A stretch of 64,000 bases of DNA, from positions 62,001 to 126,000 of the forward strand of contig CT868032.1 in NCBI GenBank assembly GCA_000165425.1. Direction: 5' to 3'. The position numbers and the translations under genes are program-made. This document shows positions 26,301 through 39,112 of the stretch, piece after piece. The stretch's first letter is position 1. Every line of letters starts with the position of its first letter. This stretch comes from Paramecium tetraurelia (lineage: Eukaryota). A model generated the notes under the pieces. That model saw only the letters and a list, made by a program, of their open reading frames with translations, was not told the DNA's origin and ran no database searches.

Positions 26301-28699
26301 GATGGATTCCATAATCTACAAATTATGGAGGAATTTGTGCATTATGCTCTGGAAATGTCATTCCAAATTACAATCCTCAAACATGTTAATGCTTTTAATA
26401 CATGACACAAAGTGATTGTAACAATGCTAGTGGGTAATCTTGTTATTGGTCAACAAATAACATATGTGCCCAATAAGTTTGTGCCAATATTGTAAGTCAA
26501 TCAGCATGTGCTTAAAACATAGCCTGTATTTGGAATGCTGGTACTTGTTAAACCTTCACTTCATGCAGTTAAGTCGCTGGAACAGGATTGACTGCTTAAC
26601 AATGTCTTAGTTATTCAATTCAATGCAAAGGCTACAATGGAGGAACTTGCACTTCAACTCCAAATTATACATGCAGTACATTATTAACACCAAGTGCTTG
26701 CAGTGGTAATTATGGATCCGACGGTGCCTGCTTATGGAATTCAACTGTTGCTCCTTCTGTATGTATTCCAATTACAAATTGCAGTTAAATTCCTTACCAA
26801 CAAATTTGTGGTTATTACACTGAAGGCTGTTAATTTGTAAATAATTAATGTCAATCCCTTACCTGCGGTTACTTCACAACTCCAGCAACATGCACATTTT
26901 ATGTATCATAACTTTACCCTGGATAAATTTAATAATGTCAATGGTCAGCAGCTACTGGAACTTGTGTTAATTTCTTCACATCTTCAGACTTAAATTCAGG
27001 CAATTGTGCTGCCAACACAGGATTCACTTATAGATGGGTTCCAACAAGTGCCAATAATGGAGATGGTTATTGTACTAAATGTATGATAAACTCCGTTAAT
27101 GTACCTGGATAATGTGCTTGCAACTAATTGATTTACTAGAATGATTGCTTAGCAAATTCTTAATGTTCTTGGTCCACCACTGCAACATCTCCAAGTTGTT
27201 ATAATAAACCTTGCAGTCAAATTATGTAATAAGCAATCTGCAGTACCAATCCAAGATGCTCATGGTCAGCTGCTTAAAATTTATGTTAACCATTTTCATC
27301 ATGTTCAGAACTTGCTGGTGTCAATGCTGGAGAATGTGCTAGTTATTCTGTTTTCTGTGCAGCCATATCAACAACATATTTACCTCTTCAAAATAAGTAT
27401 CTTTGCGCAGGCACTCAAGCTCAATGCACAGTTTCAAATCCATCAGGCACTGCTGGAGCAACAACTCCATCCAAATGTGAAAACACCTATGTTACTCAAG
27501 GTATCTGTTAATTTGACGCCGAAACCAAATAATGTAATAAGATCACCTAGTGTTCAGGAATTAACTCTCAATAGAAATGCCAATAATTCAACCGTTCTTG
27601 CTATTGGTAATTACCAACTGGAGCAGCAACAGCTGCCACTTGCGTACCTGCAAGTTGTACCTATTTCACCAATCAACAAACATGCACATATTATTTGACT
27701 TCCTTAACAACATCATCATCCTCAAAGGTTGTTCAATGTTCATGGTAACCAACTGGCTCATGCATAGAAGCTACAAATCTCTCAGCTGCCACATCAAAAA
27801 CCTGTTACTCCAACTCATTTATGATGTCAAGATGGACTTCCACCTAGGCTGAATCACCTAACGGATTCTGTGCATCATGCAGTTAATACAGTTTAACTTA
27901 AACTTACAAGTCTGTTTGCTCATGCTCTGAATTATCACAATATGAATGTCAAGTGGCTTCCCCTTAATGTGCATACAATTCAACTTCCACAAAGTGTGCT
28001 GCCCAAAACTGTACTTCAATTACATCTAAGTTTTCATGTGCTGCCAATCCTTCTTGCATCTACATTGGATCTTGCCAAACCTATACAAAAACACCTACTG
28101 GTACAAATGTTGGATGTGTTAACATTACTAGTGCCACATCTTCTTTCGATTGCTTAACTGCTTCAGCCAATTGTCCACAATTTACTGCCAGTGCCACCTA
28201 AGGAAATCCTGGTAGTTGCGGTGTTCGATAAGAATGCAGTAAACAAACTACTTAAGCACTATGTGAAGCCTACAATGCATAAGTCTTCACTGGTTATTGC
28301 ACTTGGAATGGCAGTGCTTGTTAAAATATTAATAATTGCAAACAGATTTCTGATGTTTCAGCATGCAATTTATAAACCAGCAGATGCCAATGGAGTGTTG
28401 TTTTGAATTCTTGCATCACACAATCATGCAATTCATATACTAGTCAAGCAGATTGCACATACGTGTACACTTCCTATTAACCTGGAGATATTGCTCTCTG
28501 TGCTTGGGATCCTGCCTATAATGAGTGTAGAAGTGCTCCCCTATCAAATTTAGATTCAACTTAATATAATTAGACTAACACCATCTAATGCTTTGTAAAT
28601 ACAGGTCATGTATATCACTTGGATGGAAATGAATGTACAAGGTGCTTCTAAAACATTTTAAGCATTCTTCTAATAACAATGCTCCTAATATTAATTTGA
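23378..28699 (+). CDS. Cys-rich GPI-anchored surface antigen-like protein, 1773 aa, seven tandem units
   Basis: Signal peptide MKSYILLAILIGLGAS; periodic CxW motifs; units start CxC at 23453, 24200, 24947, 25682, 26384, 27113 and 27917, all in one frame; hydrophobic C-terminal NILSILLITMLLILI-TGA. Confidence 0.9.
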
Positions 28700-28944
28700 G
28701 AGTATTATCATTTACAAATATCAATAAACATCTTATTTTATCATTCCTATTTGCATTCCCATATTCTCATCCTTAAAGTCTAATTTACATTCCTTATTTA
28801 ATTAAATCAAAATAAATTAGATTTATCTGACATTTCTAAGTTTTTGTTGAAAACCAACATATCTTGTCTAAAGAAAAATGAGGATCTCATTCTTAATTAA
28901 TTATTTATAATAAAGATATATGTATTAAATATATGAATTGGCTT

Positions 28945-31334
28945 TCATAGTCTCTTTAAACTAAGGAACCCTTCTCCTTTTCCTCCACTATAACTAACTT
29001 AGAGTCTAGCTCTATTTGGTAAAACTATAAAGTCTTAAGCATTCAAGCCTAAGGATGAATAACAACAAGATACCAGTATATTCAGAAGTTTTCTTCTTTT
29101 GATCTAGGGTGGCAATGTTCTCTCCATTGATAAGGACTGAGACATTTTGTTTTTCTTTTGAGAAAAATGCATAGGCAATGTGATAGACCCCAGGGGCAAC
29201 AATCAAAATGGAGCTTTTTCCTTTTTCCCAAACGAAATTCTCAGGCAAAGTGTTAATGACTTCGTATTCCCAAGGTATTAAATGATTTTGTGTATCTCCT
29301 GATCTCCACTAAAATCTTGCCACAATATTTTCTTAGCAAAGAGATTCATAGATTTAATTTTAACTTTTGAGATAATTAGATAAATCGTCTGCTGATACTT
29401 TAGTTTATAAATCATTGTGGATAGCTTCAAAGGCTTGATTGATTTCAGGAATATCTAAGTGTTACTAATATAATACTTGCTTTAGTGTCTAGAATGGTAA
29501 TCATGTCTTATATTCCAGCTTTGAGCATCATGTCCTTTTATATTAAATCCAATGTATATTTGGTCAATTAAATATGTTTGGTTAAATCCTTCTAATAGGC
29601 TCTTTCATCCTAATCAATACATAGTTTTTAGATTATGTTTTTTAATTCCTCAAAGTCTTAGTAAAGAACTCTTTGTTTTAAATTAATTTCCAATTGATTT
29701 AATTGTTATTCAAAAGAAGATATCTTTTTAGTGACAATTTACGAGACTTCTTATTTGATATTTTTAAAGCCATCCTAACTAGAACCTGTCTTTTTGATCT
29801 CATTAACTCTCCTCTATAATTATTATTCGATTTAGACCTAGATATGTTGCTCATCTTCATATGATAATTATTTAGCTTTGACTTCGCTTATTTCCTTTAT
29901 TTATTATAATAAAATACTTTATTCATCTATTGAACTTATCTTTACAATTGCTTAAACACTTGATCAGATTTAAATTCGTCTAGATGCTCCTACATTTAAT
30001 CTACTTTCTATTAAATATCCTTTTTTTGTATTCTCATAGTATTAACCATTTTTTTGAGATCATCTAATTCTTCTCTCTTGTCATCATCCATTTATTTAAT
30101 ATTCTCAGACAAGTTATACAATTCCTCTGTCAATTTCTCTGATAAATGAGTAGATTTCATTATAGTTGTTTACATCTACTCACTTGTAAATTGTTTAGAC
30201 TCTAAGATCTCATTCCTCAATCGATCAAGATCTGAAATAATCTCTTAAGAAAACTTATTAAATCTTTAAGAATAGCCATCCAATTCTCCCTAAAGAGAAT
30301 TTATAGAATGCACATGTTTATCTAATTCTTTATTATCAGCCTTCTTGTTTAATTGTTTTGTTACTCCATCAACTTATTATTTCATTTCAGTCATCAATGA
30401 ATTGTTATCTTGTAATCTTGATTCCACTATATTTTTTAATTCTTATTATTGTTCTTTAATCACTTCTAATTGATGTATTTCAGCCTTGTTTTGTAATGAA
30501 TTTATCAGAATTGAGAAATCTTATCTATCAACTTTCACTTCTAAAATTGAAGCAATCTTGTCTATCTAATCTAATGAAGCTTTTTAATCAAGATTTTAAA
30601 TGATTGGTTATAAATCTTCAAGAGAAGAGTAATTTTATAAAATTTGATCTAATTCTTATTTACTAATTTTTTTATTTACTGCTTATTGTACTTAGTGCTT
30701 ACTAGCCTTTGTTTCAAGTAATTCATTCATTTCTTAAAGATTGGCTTTAAGTTCTACTTATTACGATAATTAAGAGAAGTCTTTCATGCTTGGTACTTGT
30801 TAGAATTTCTTAGAAATCTATGTTTGTAGCTCTTCAATTTTGTGTTTCATATTTTGCATATCTCCTTTGAATTCTCCTGATTATTATTTTTCTAACAATT
30901 ACTTCATCTCGTCAACATCAATTTTACTAATAAAATCATCATTCAAACAATATACTTGCTCAACAAATATTACATATCTGCCTTTAACACATAATCTTTC
31001 AATAAAACTTGAGAATCCTCGTAAGTAATTTTGGTATCAAGATTGGCAGCTATCTCTGCTATCGTTCTTGATATGTCATTGATGTTGGCCTTAAGTGCTA
31101 ACCCTGAATGAAGTTCATTTTTAGAAGCACGCGTAGAAAGTTGCTTCTCGATTTCTCGTATACTTTCTCCTTAAGATTTTACAACATCCGTTAAAGCCTT
31201 GAATGTCAATCTGATAATATCATTGATATTTTTCCATTCAGATTAAGACTATTGTTAACTTTAATGCATTCTACCTAAAGCAAGTCTTCAACAATAGCCG
31301 TGCTATATGGATCATTATCTTCTCGATGATGCAT
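28945..31334 (-). CDS. Long coiled-coil protein with C-terminal beta-rich (C1q/TNF-like) domain
   Basis: EWKNINDIIRLTFKALTDVVKSQG, heptad KAN/KAD repeats; C-terminal RFQWRSG..IPWEYEVINTLPENFVWEKGKSSILIVAPGVYHIAYAFF..VSVLING..GFLSLKRL; short introns. Confidence 0.7.
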
Positions 31335-32053
31335 ATTTTAATTTTGAATTTCAGTTGATAATTAAATATATAAAATTTCATTATACTTATTCTACATATA
31401 GACTTCATAAGTATTAGGAATTTTTTATCTGAAACATCCTTAACTAGTTTCAAATCTATGCAACTTAAAAACACTTAAGAAATTTGATATTTTAGAATAT
31501 ACTAATAATATCCATATACTCTTTTGCTAATATTGTTATTACTTTAATTAGTAATAATAATATGATACTGATCTTATACTAAGAGTGTTGCAGTAATAAT
31601 ATAGACTTTTTGTTCTAAATATTTTGATAATAACATTATTCAAATTACAACAATCTATATTGAAAACAAAACTAATATTATTACTGTTTTTAAACCTACT
31701 TCTAATTTTATATTTAGTGTTATTTCAATATCATTTACTAGTTCTAGTTTTTATATAAAACTACTATAATACAATACTATATTAAAATAATGAGTAATAT
31801 GATCGAGCATTTTATAGTAAATTATGTTTCTATTAGATTTCAAACAAGTTGTTATGAAAAGAATGTAATAAATTATCAATGAAATTTATTCAATGTTTTT
31901 TGATTCCCTATTCTCCAATGAATTCATTAGTTTTCAGAGCTGCAATTTTATTTTGAATGATTGAAATATTGCCTGTTGTGATTTGAATCAAAGTTTAAGA
32001 TGTGAATCTAAATTATGAAATTTTAATTTTTATAATTGTATTATAAAATAGAA

Positions 32054-35000
32054 ATGATTAACTTAAGTTAAATACTAGAAGGAGACAATGGAGAGATTAC
32101 ATTTTTTGAGGATACTAGTTAAGTTGATTTGGAGGATATCCTTTAAGAAGACGATGAAGTTAGAGAGCAACTCAATCATATAAATAGTGATTCTCAGACT
32201 CTGGAGTGTAATATTCAGAATAGTGAATCATTCATATGTGATTAAGAGGAATTCATTTCTCCAATTTAAATAATGTCTTTGGGACATCAATCTAAAACCT
32301 TTGCCATCTCAACAAATTATTTGATCAATTATTGGGAAAGATAGCTTGCATTATTCTCGAATAATAAGAATAACAAAACGATACAAATTTAGGATGTGTC
32401 ATATATATCAGTCAAAGGATAAATTATAGCTGTTGGATTCGAGAGTGGCTAAATTCACATATATGAAGGAAGCCAATTAAAATTAGCTCATAAAATACAG
32501 GAACATCAAACCACAATAATAGGTTTGAATATAGTTGATGTGTAAGCAAATGAGTTAATTTTGGCATCCTCTGATCTAGATGGCAACGTCAAATTGATTA
32601 GAGTGGGTTAAAACCTATTCAGAAGTAAAATTGTAACCAATACTATATTGAACAAGTTCGAATATCCAGTTACTCAATTGATATCATAGCAATTTAAATA
32701 TTCAGATAGTGATAAAACTAGTTTACTCTTGACTCTAGGAAATAGCAACATGGTTATAACACTCTCCATCAATCCTGAAGTGAGAGTTGTCCATGTTTTT
32801 GACAAACAGAAGTCAAATAATGATCTCCATTGGGGCAAATGCAATTATGAAGGAAATCAGATACAATTGTTATCCATTCAATGGAATTCATTTATTTAAT
32901 TGATAACCTTTTTGGAAAATTCGCCCTGGTATTTTTCATTCTATTCTGCTGAAACTCCTTTAGTCGGGGCTAAATTCATCTCTGAAAACTTAATCATTGC
33001 TGCTACTGAGGGTTAATTTCAAGTCCTTTACATTCCTTATTTCTCTAAAGGCAAATATTGTTTTAAATCTGATAGCAAAGCAAAGATTTCTAACACTCAT
33101 TTCCATCAAAACATCTATTGTCTAAGAGCAATAAGCAACGTCATCTACTTCATTTCTGAAAATAAGTTGTATTCATTGCATGCTTTGAGTTGGTTACAAT
33201 ATTTAAAATCGTTAATTCAGAACGATTCCCCTCAATGGTCAATAGCATTAAGGTTTCTTGTCTAAGTCTACAGAGGTAAAGTGAAAGGTATGCCGAACTT
33301 AGAATTGGATGAAGATAGAAGTGCAATTCAAACATTGGCTCCTACTTTAATTACTAGTATTACCAATTCTAAGATGAATAGAGAATTGATATCAGCAGTT
33401 GTTTAATTTATCCTTCTTTGTCAAATTCCATAACATTTGATGATTGTAAGATAAGGATGTGAGAAATAATAGATTTTGGATGATTATTATAGAGTGTTGG
33501 AAATTCATTTGAAGAAAATAACTTAATTGCCAAAGGAGATATTTTTCGATTTGGCAAACAAATTCTCTCCTGAGTCTTTCTAGAAATTAGTAATTAATTT
33601 AGATTTGAATTCTATTGATATTGGATACACATATGATGTTTGTTTGAGTAAAGAGATTTACACTCCATTATTATACATATGTCCAAGAAAGGAAGAAGAT
33701 TTTCTAACTCCTTTGAACAAAATGTATGAGAAACATAAACAGGAACTATATGAAAAATGCTTATGGTTTATAGAAATCACATAGAAGTAAATTCTGTTTC
33801 CGAATGACCAGATTCCATTAGAAATTTGGAAGAAAGCTGTAAGATAATAGATGTTATGGTTGATGGAAGTACTGGACGTATTTCAGAGTGAGAAATTATT
33901 CCAAATACTTACAACATATCTTAAATAACCTTGTCTTGGTGCATTACATCATGAATCAGTGTATTCATATTTCAATATAACTTAAGAGAATTTATTGGCG
34001 ACAAAGATATTTGAACAAGTGAGTAGCATCAAATAATAATACTTACTTTAATATCTATTGTTTATCAGTAAGATAATTGATTAGATAAAGGTCAAGGATT
34101 CAGAGAAGTTATTATTACAGATATTTGAAATCAATAAATCTTATATTGATAATTATGTAGCTATGCCTGAAGATTTGGATCAGATCTTGTAAATAATTTA
34201 TTATTTAATGCCTCACACATCATTGATTGAGTAGGCATATGAAAGCTAATGTGTTGATTACATTGCTTATTACTTCCTATCTTAAAATCAATTCAATGAA
34301 GCTGTTAAAATATTCTTTAATTATGAAGAATTTAAACTTCGAGTCTACAAATGGTTAGAATATCAACCCTATGATCCACTTATGCTAGATCATCTTGATA
34401 AGCTGCTTGAATTGGATCCTGAGAAATGTGCCAAAGTCTTTTAAAGTTGGCCCATAGAGACTTTATAAAAACTCATCATTTATCAGCCAAAAAGAGAATT
34501 ATTACATGTATTCAAATATTTGTCCATCGATCTTTCTCAATTTCTTTAATTGAAACTAATTGAATTAATCAGTATTCATGAACCAGAAAACACCATTTCA
34601 TGGCTGAAGAACAGGTAATATTAACTAGAAGATGTTGAACAAATATTCCAATAAACTAATAATATTGAAGGATTAGGATACATAATGGAGCAAAAAGGAC
34701 TGTATCAATAGGCAATCGATAATTACCTTTAGATCTACAAAGAGGACTCTAGAAATTACATTTTATCATTTCGAAATCAAGATAGAGTTACTTAATTGTT
34801 TTAGAATCTAATGAGAGTGACTAAGATAGCTGTCTAATCAGATGATAATAATTAAGAATTCTATTTATATATAGCACATCAAATCTTTAATCCATTGATG
34901 CATTAAACTCATTGGTGTAAACTCAAAAGATCCTACGTGTTCAACCAGTAATTTAGTCAGCTCTTCATGCATTTGTTCCGCTACTCTCCAACAGAATTAA

Positions 35001-35615
35001 TCAAAATAATAGAGATAAATCATGAGACATTTAATCAAGTCCATTTAAAGAGTAGTTTTATTACAGTTTTTAAAGAATTCGGATATGAAAAGTAATTAGT
35101 AGAAAAGATATCCAAGATAATTAGAAATGATAATATTAAATTGCTTAAGTTACTATATTCTTTAATGAACAAATCGAATCTATATGAAATAATATGTATA
35201 GAGTGTTAACAACCATACACTTAGGATTAGGCAATTCTTTTAAAATGTGGTCATACAATGCATCCATTTTGCCTTGAAAACAAGTATTGTCCAATATGCT
35301 AAAATATATCAGCTTAATCAAGTATATATAGGTGTATAATTGTATAGTGCTTGAAAGTATTGGAGTTGAAGAATTAAAGAAGTCTATCTTGAAATCTAAT
35401 GTGGATAATTAATAATTGCAATTATTGAAAAATGTTGATGATATGGAGTTTGAAGATAACTTATTTTAATCAAGTACTCAAGATGATAAAGAAATGATGG
35501 AGTTAAGGTTGTTGAATAAAATGGATATATATGATTAATTAAGTGATTCAGCATTGTAATAGGTAATCAATTCAAATTATTTTAGTACAATTCTTTTTTG
35601 GATTAATATTTTTGA
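32054..35615 (+). CDS. VPS8: VPS8 (CORVET subunit)
   Basis: N-terminal WD40-like (IAVGFESGQIHIY, LASSDLDGNV); QWSIALRFLVQVYRGK; LDLNSIDIGYTYDVCLSKEIYTPLLYIC..DFLTPL; C-terminal RING-H2 CIEC..CGHTMHPFC..CPIC. Confidence 0.8.
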
Positions 35616-35726
35616 TAATTATCTGACTTTTTTGTATACTCTATATAATTGTTTATAAATAAAAATGCAGTTATTTCATATAATTTAACTTAGAAATTAA
35701 TTTAAAAAACATCACCATTCTACATA

Positions 35727-37136
35727 ATGCTTTGTGAACACAAAGGAGCATAATCATTTTGTACATGTTGCTAATAAGTTATCTGTGAATTGTGTATATG
35801 CTGTAAAGATTCAAAAAAAATAAATGTGCCAAACATTGATTTAAATGTACTTTGTTCAAGATGTGATCAAACTTCAGCATAAATCAGATGTGAACAGTGT
35901 ATGTTTCAATTCTGTTAAGAATGTTTTCAATCAGTTCATAAAATTGGAAAATTTTCAACACATAACAAAATTGAAATCAATTAAAATCTACACTAATAAA
36001 TACTCAAATAAATGTCTATAATCACAGAACTTGAATAATACTCCTAAGAATAAATAACTTCTGTTTTAAGATATTTCGAATAGATCTAAGAAGTATTGGA
36101 TAGGAAAAAAAAACAGTTTCTTGATACTATATCCAATTATCGCTGCTAATAAATGAAAATTCTTAAATAAAGAATAAGCATAATTGAAGCAGCTGTCAAA
36201 ATAAACTCAGAACGATCTTTTGAAATTCCCGAATGTATGAATTACTAAATGGAAACATTTCATTTAACCGCCAAAGAATAAATTATTGAATTGATCTTAA
36301 ATATTGATGTTTAGAAAATTCTTGACTAAAGCACTCTTAGTCCTCGTAGAATTCATACTTAGTTCAGTGTTAAAAGGAGTGCCAGTTGTAAAAAGCTGGA
36401 AACTTAAGAAAAAATTGTTGAGGTTTGTGAAACTTTTGAGAAGAGAAAATTTGTTAAATAATTGTGTTAATCAAATTCTATATAGTTAAATTGGACTCAT
36501 TCTAAACAAAAGGTAGAGTATAATTTAGAAATGGGAATAGGAATGAAAATCAAAGGAATTGAATAGTTTAAATAGATTTATTAAGGCACAGAACCGTAAT
36601 TTATAATTAATGGATTATAAGCTAAAACCAATTATAAGTTTAGAGTGTAAAGCACGTTTGAAAACAAGACGAGTGAATTCAGTGAAATCTTGAATTTAAC
36701 CACTCCTCAATACTAATCTGTAGAGGATAGTCTAATAATTTCTAAGAAAACTATTAATAATGATATCTAGGTTTTATTTGAGAAACCTGGATTAGTGTTA
36801 GGCACAAATCCATTATATTTTGGAGTATGGTCTTGGGAAATTAAATTGATAATCAATGGAATAATTGAAGATTTGACAGCTAGCTTAGTTGTTGGAGTAG
36901 CCAATAAATAGAGAAAGATTGTTGGAACTACGCTAAATTATGGATATCAAAGAGAATCCTTGATTATTAAAGTCTTAGTTGATATGGACAATAAGTGCAT
37001 GACTATAACTTCAAAGATGCATCCAAATGGAGAGAGATTCTAAAATTTAATAGGGCCAGTGTTTCCAGCATTTTAGAACAAAAATACTCACAAGGGATCA
37101 GGGTGTAAATTATTGATATAATATTAATAATAATGA
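35727..37136 (+). CDS. B-box / coiled-coil / FN3 / SPRY-like protein (TRIM/FSD1-like, no clear RING)
   Basis: B-box CSRCDQTSAQIRCEQCMFQFCQECFQSVHKIGKFSTH; FN3 INWTH..YNLEMG..IYQG..INGLQAKTNYKFRV; SPRY-like GVWSWEIK..VGV..GPVFPAF; start could be 35665. Confidence 0.75.
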
Positions 37137-38183
37137 ATAAAAAAGAATTGAGAAAGCTTAATTCCTATGTGGATAAAGAAGTACTCAATTTGACAGGAGG
37201 TCTTTATCCCTTTGCTCTATTCTCATAAACAAAACCGCTCAATCATTAGAAATGGGTTTAGGAGGAAATAGTGCTGACTAATGAGAATATATAAAAAGTA
37301 AAGGCATGGGTACCAGAACAAGAAAGAGGGTTAATGTTTAAAGGAGAAAAAGTCAATTAAGATCCGGAATATCTTGAATTTAAAGAAGAGGAAATAAGTA
37401 TTGACAATGATTGGAGTTTTGAAGAGACTTAATATTTATTCAATTAATTGAGGAACTATAATTACAATTTCATAGTGCTTTCTGATAGATATTCATATCA
37501 AAATAAAAACCGAGATATTTATGAATTGAAGGATAGATATTACAGTGTTGTTAATGAGGTCTTATAAAAAAGGAATGATAAATCACATTTTCTATACAAT
37601 TATGTTTATGATGAAGAATATGATCGATTTAGAAATATGGAACTTGAAAAGTACTTAAAAAGAACAAAGTAAATTTGTGATGAAGACAAGAAGTTGCAAG
37701 AAGATCTAAGAAAGGTTGATCAATAAATAAAAAAATAAGAGAGGGAACACAAAAGTCTATGCAAATCAATTAATTTATAAGAATATGATGTAAGATGTAT
37801 TTTTCATTTAGGATATTGATGATAAATCGATCAATTATATGATAGATATGTCTTAAAGAAATGAGGAAGTTAAAAAAACAACCACTGAGAGAATAGTTTA
37901 TTTAAGAAATAAATGGATCAATGAAGCATTACCTTTACCTTCTTCAATCAAAGATAAATTGGATAGGTAGTTAAAAGAAGTGCTGCAAAATACTAAATTA
38001 GCTTTGAATTAAGAAATTGAAGAGTTATTCTGTAACCTACGCAAACTCTAATTGGGTGTATTGAGTTAGCAGAGATTACAAAAGAGAAGAGAGCAAGATA
38101 AAAGATATTTAGAAGATAAAATTAAAAAACTTAAAGCTTAGCATGATTAACAATAAGCAAGCGATATGAAAACTAAAAAGTGA
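37133..38183 (+). CDS. DMAP1: DMAP1/Swc4/Eaf2 (NuA4/SWR1 subunit) homologue
   Basis: VDKEVLNLTGG; SANT domain DWSFEETQYLFNQLRNYNYNFIVLSDRY..RDIYELKDRYY; YVYDEEYDRFR; VYLRN; one intron near 37790. Confidence 0.85.
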
Positions 38184-38218
38184 GATAATTTATATTCTAA
38201 TAATAATTAATATTGGTT

Positions 38219-38453
38219 TCATTGTTTTACTATCTCAGAAAATTCGTGTTCTTTGGCTAAAAAATTCAAATTAAACAAAACAGTTACCTCTTTTTTCTAA
38301 TAATGATCTAAAATATTTTGCAGAGAAGTCTACGACATCTCCTGGCTTGTTTCTAATAACTTCCTTTGCATAATGTTTCAATATCACAGGTAATTCAGGA
38401 GGTACTACAATCTATTCAGCACAGTAAATTCTCTATTCTCTCACGTCTGCCAT
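38219..38453 (-). CDS. Minimal RIIa (D/D) domain protein, RSP11/ROPN1L-like, 67 aa
   Basis: RIYCAEQIVVPPELPVILKHYAKEVIRNKPGDVVDFSAKYF; one 31-nt intron. Confidence 0.85.
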
Positions 38454-38517
38454 AATATTATATATTAAAATAATTAATTAAAATTCATAGTCTCACAAGG
38501 CTAAATAGATGAATAAA

Positions 38518-38816
38518 TCACAAACAATTCTCATCTGCACATCTGATAAGAATTTAAATTTATTCTGTTTGCTTCCCTCTCAGACACTCAATGAATTGTC
38601 TAACATTCAATAATTACGATGAAATTCTTGTATTTCTCATACAATAGAACAACACCACTTGGCTCTCTCCTTCCTATGTAATTTCCGACTTAATACTTGC
38701 GATAGTATATGCTGCATCTCATTTGAGCATTGTCTATTTGAAATACAGTCATAATCTGTATTTATGCCAAAGCTAACCACCAAAAGTAATGTAAATAATA
38801 AATATTTAAAATACAT
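38518..38816 (-). CDS. Small secreted six-cysteine protein, 91 aa
   Basis: Signal peptide MYFKYLLFTLLLVVSFG; a 23-nt intron (GTATTAAG..ACATAG) restores the frame; ends RCADENCL-TGA. Confidence 0.7.
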
Positions 38817-39112
38817 AATATTTCTATATCTTAAATTATTTCATTTAATTGATAAACAGCATAATATCAAAAGGAATCTCATGAAAATTAAACTTGGAAG
38901 CCAATTATGCATATTTTAACTTAAAAATATGTATCACTTATTAACAATGAGACTTGATGAGAAATACATTTGTTAGAGATATTGATATATAACATGATAT
39001 TATTATTATTATTATAAATTTATATCCTATTCAAGAATATAATGAGTTGGCTTTAATAAATTATGATTAAGATCTTGAATATTTATGTTGGAAATATGCA
39101 TATATAATATGT

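Noticed and set aside
23730..28406. Many short ORFs in alternative frames
   Set aside because: Off-frame or partial readings inside the single surface-antigen CDS
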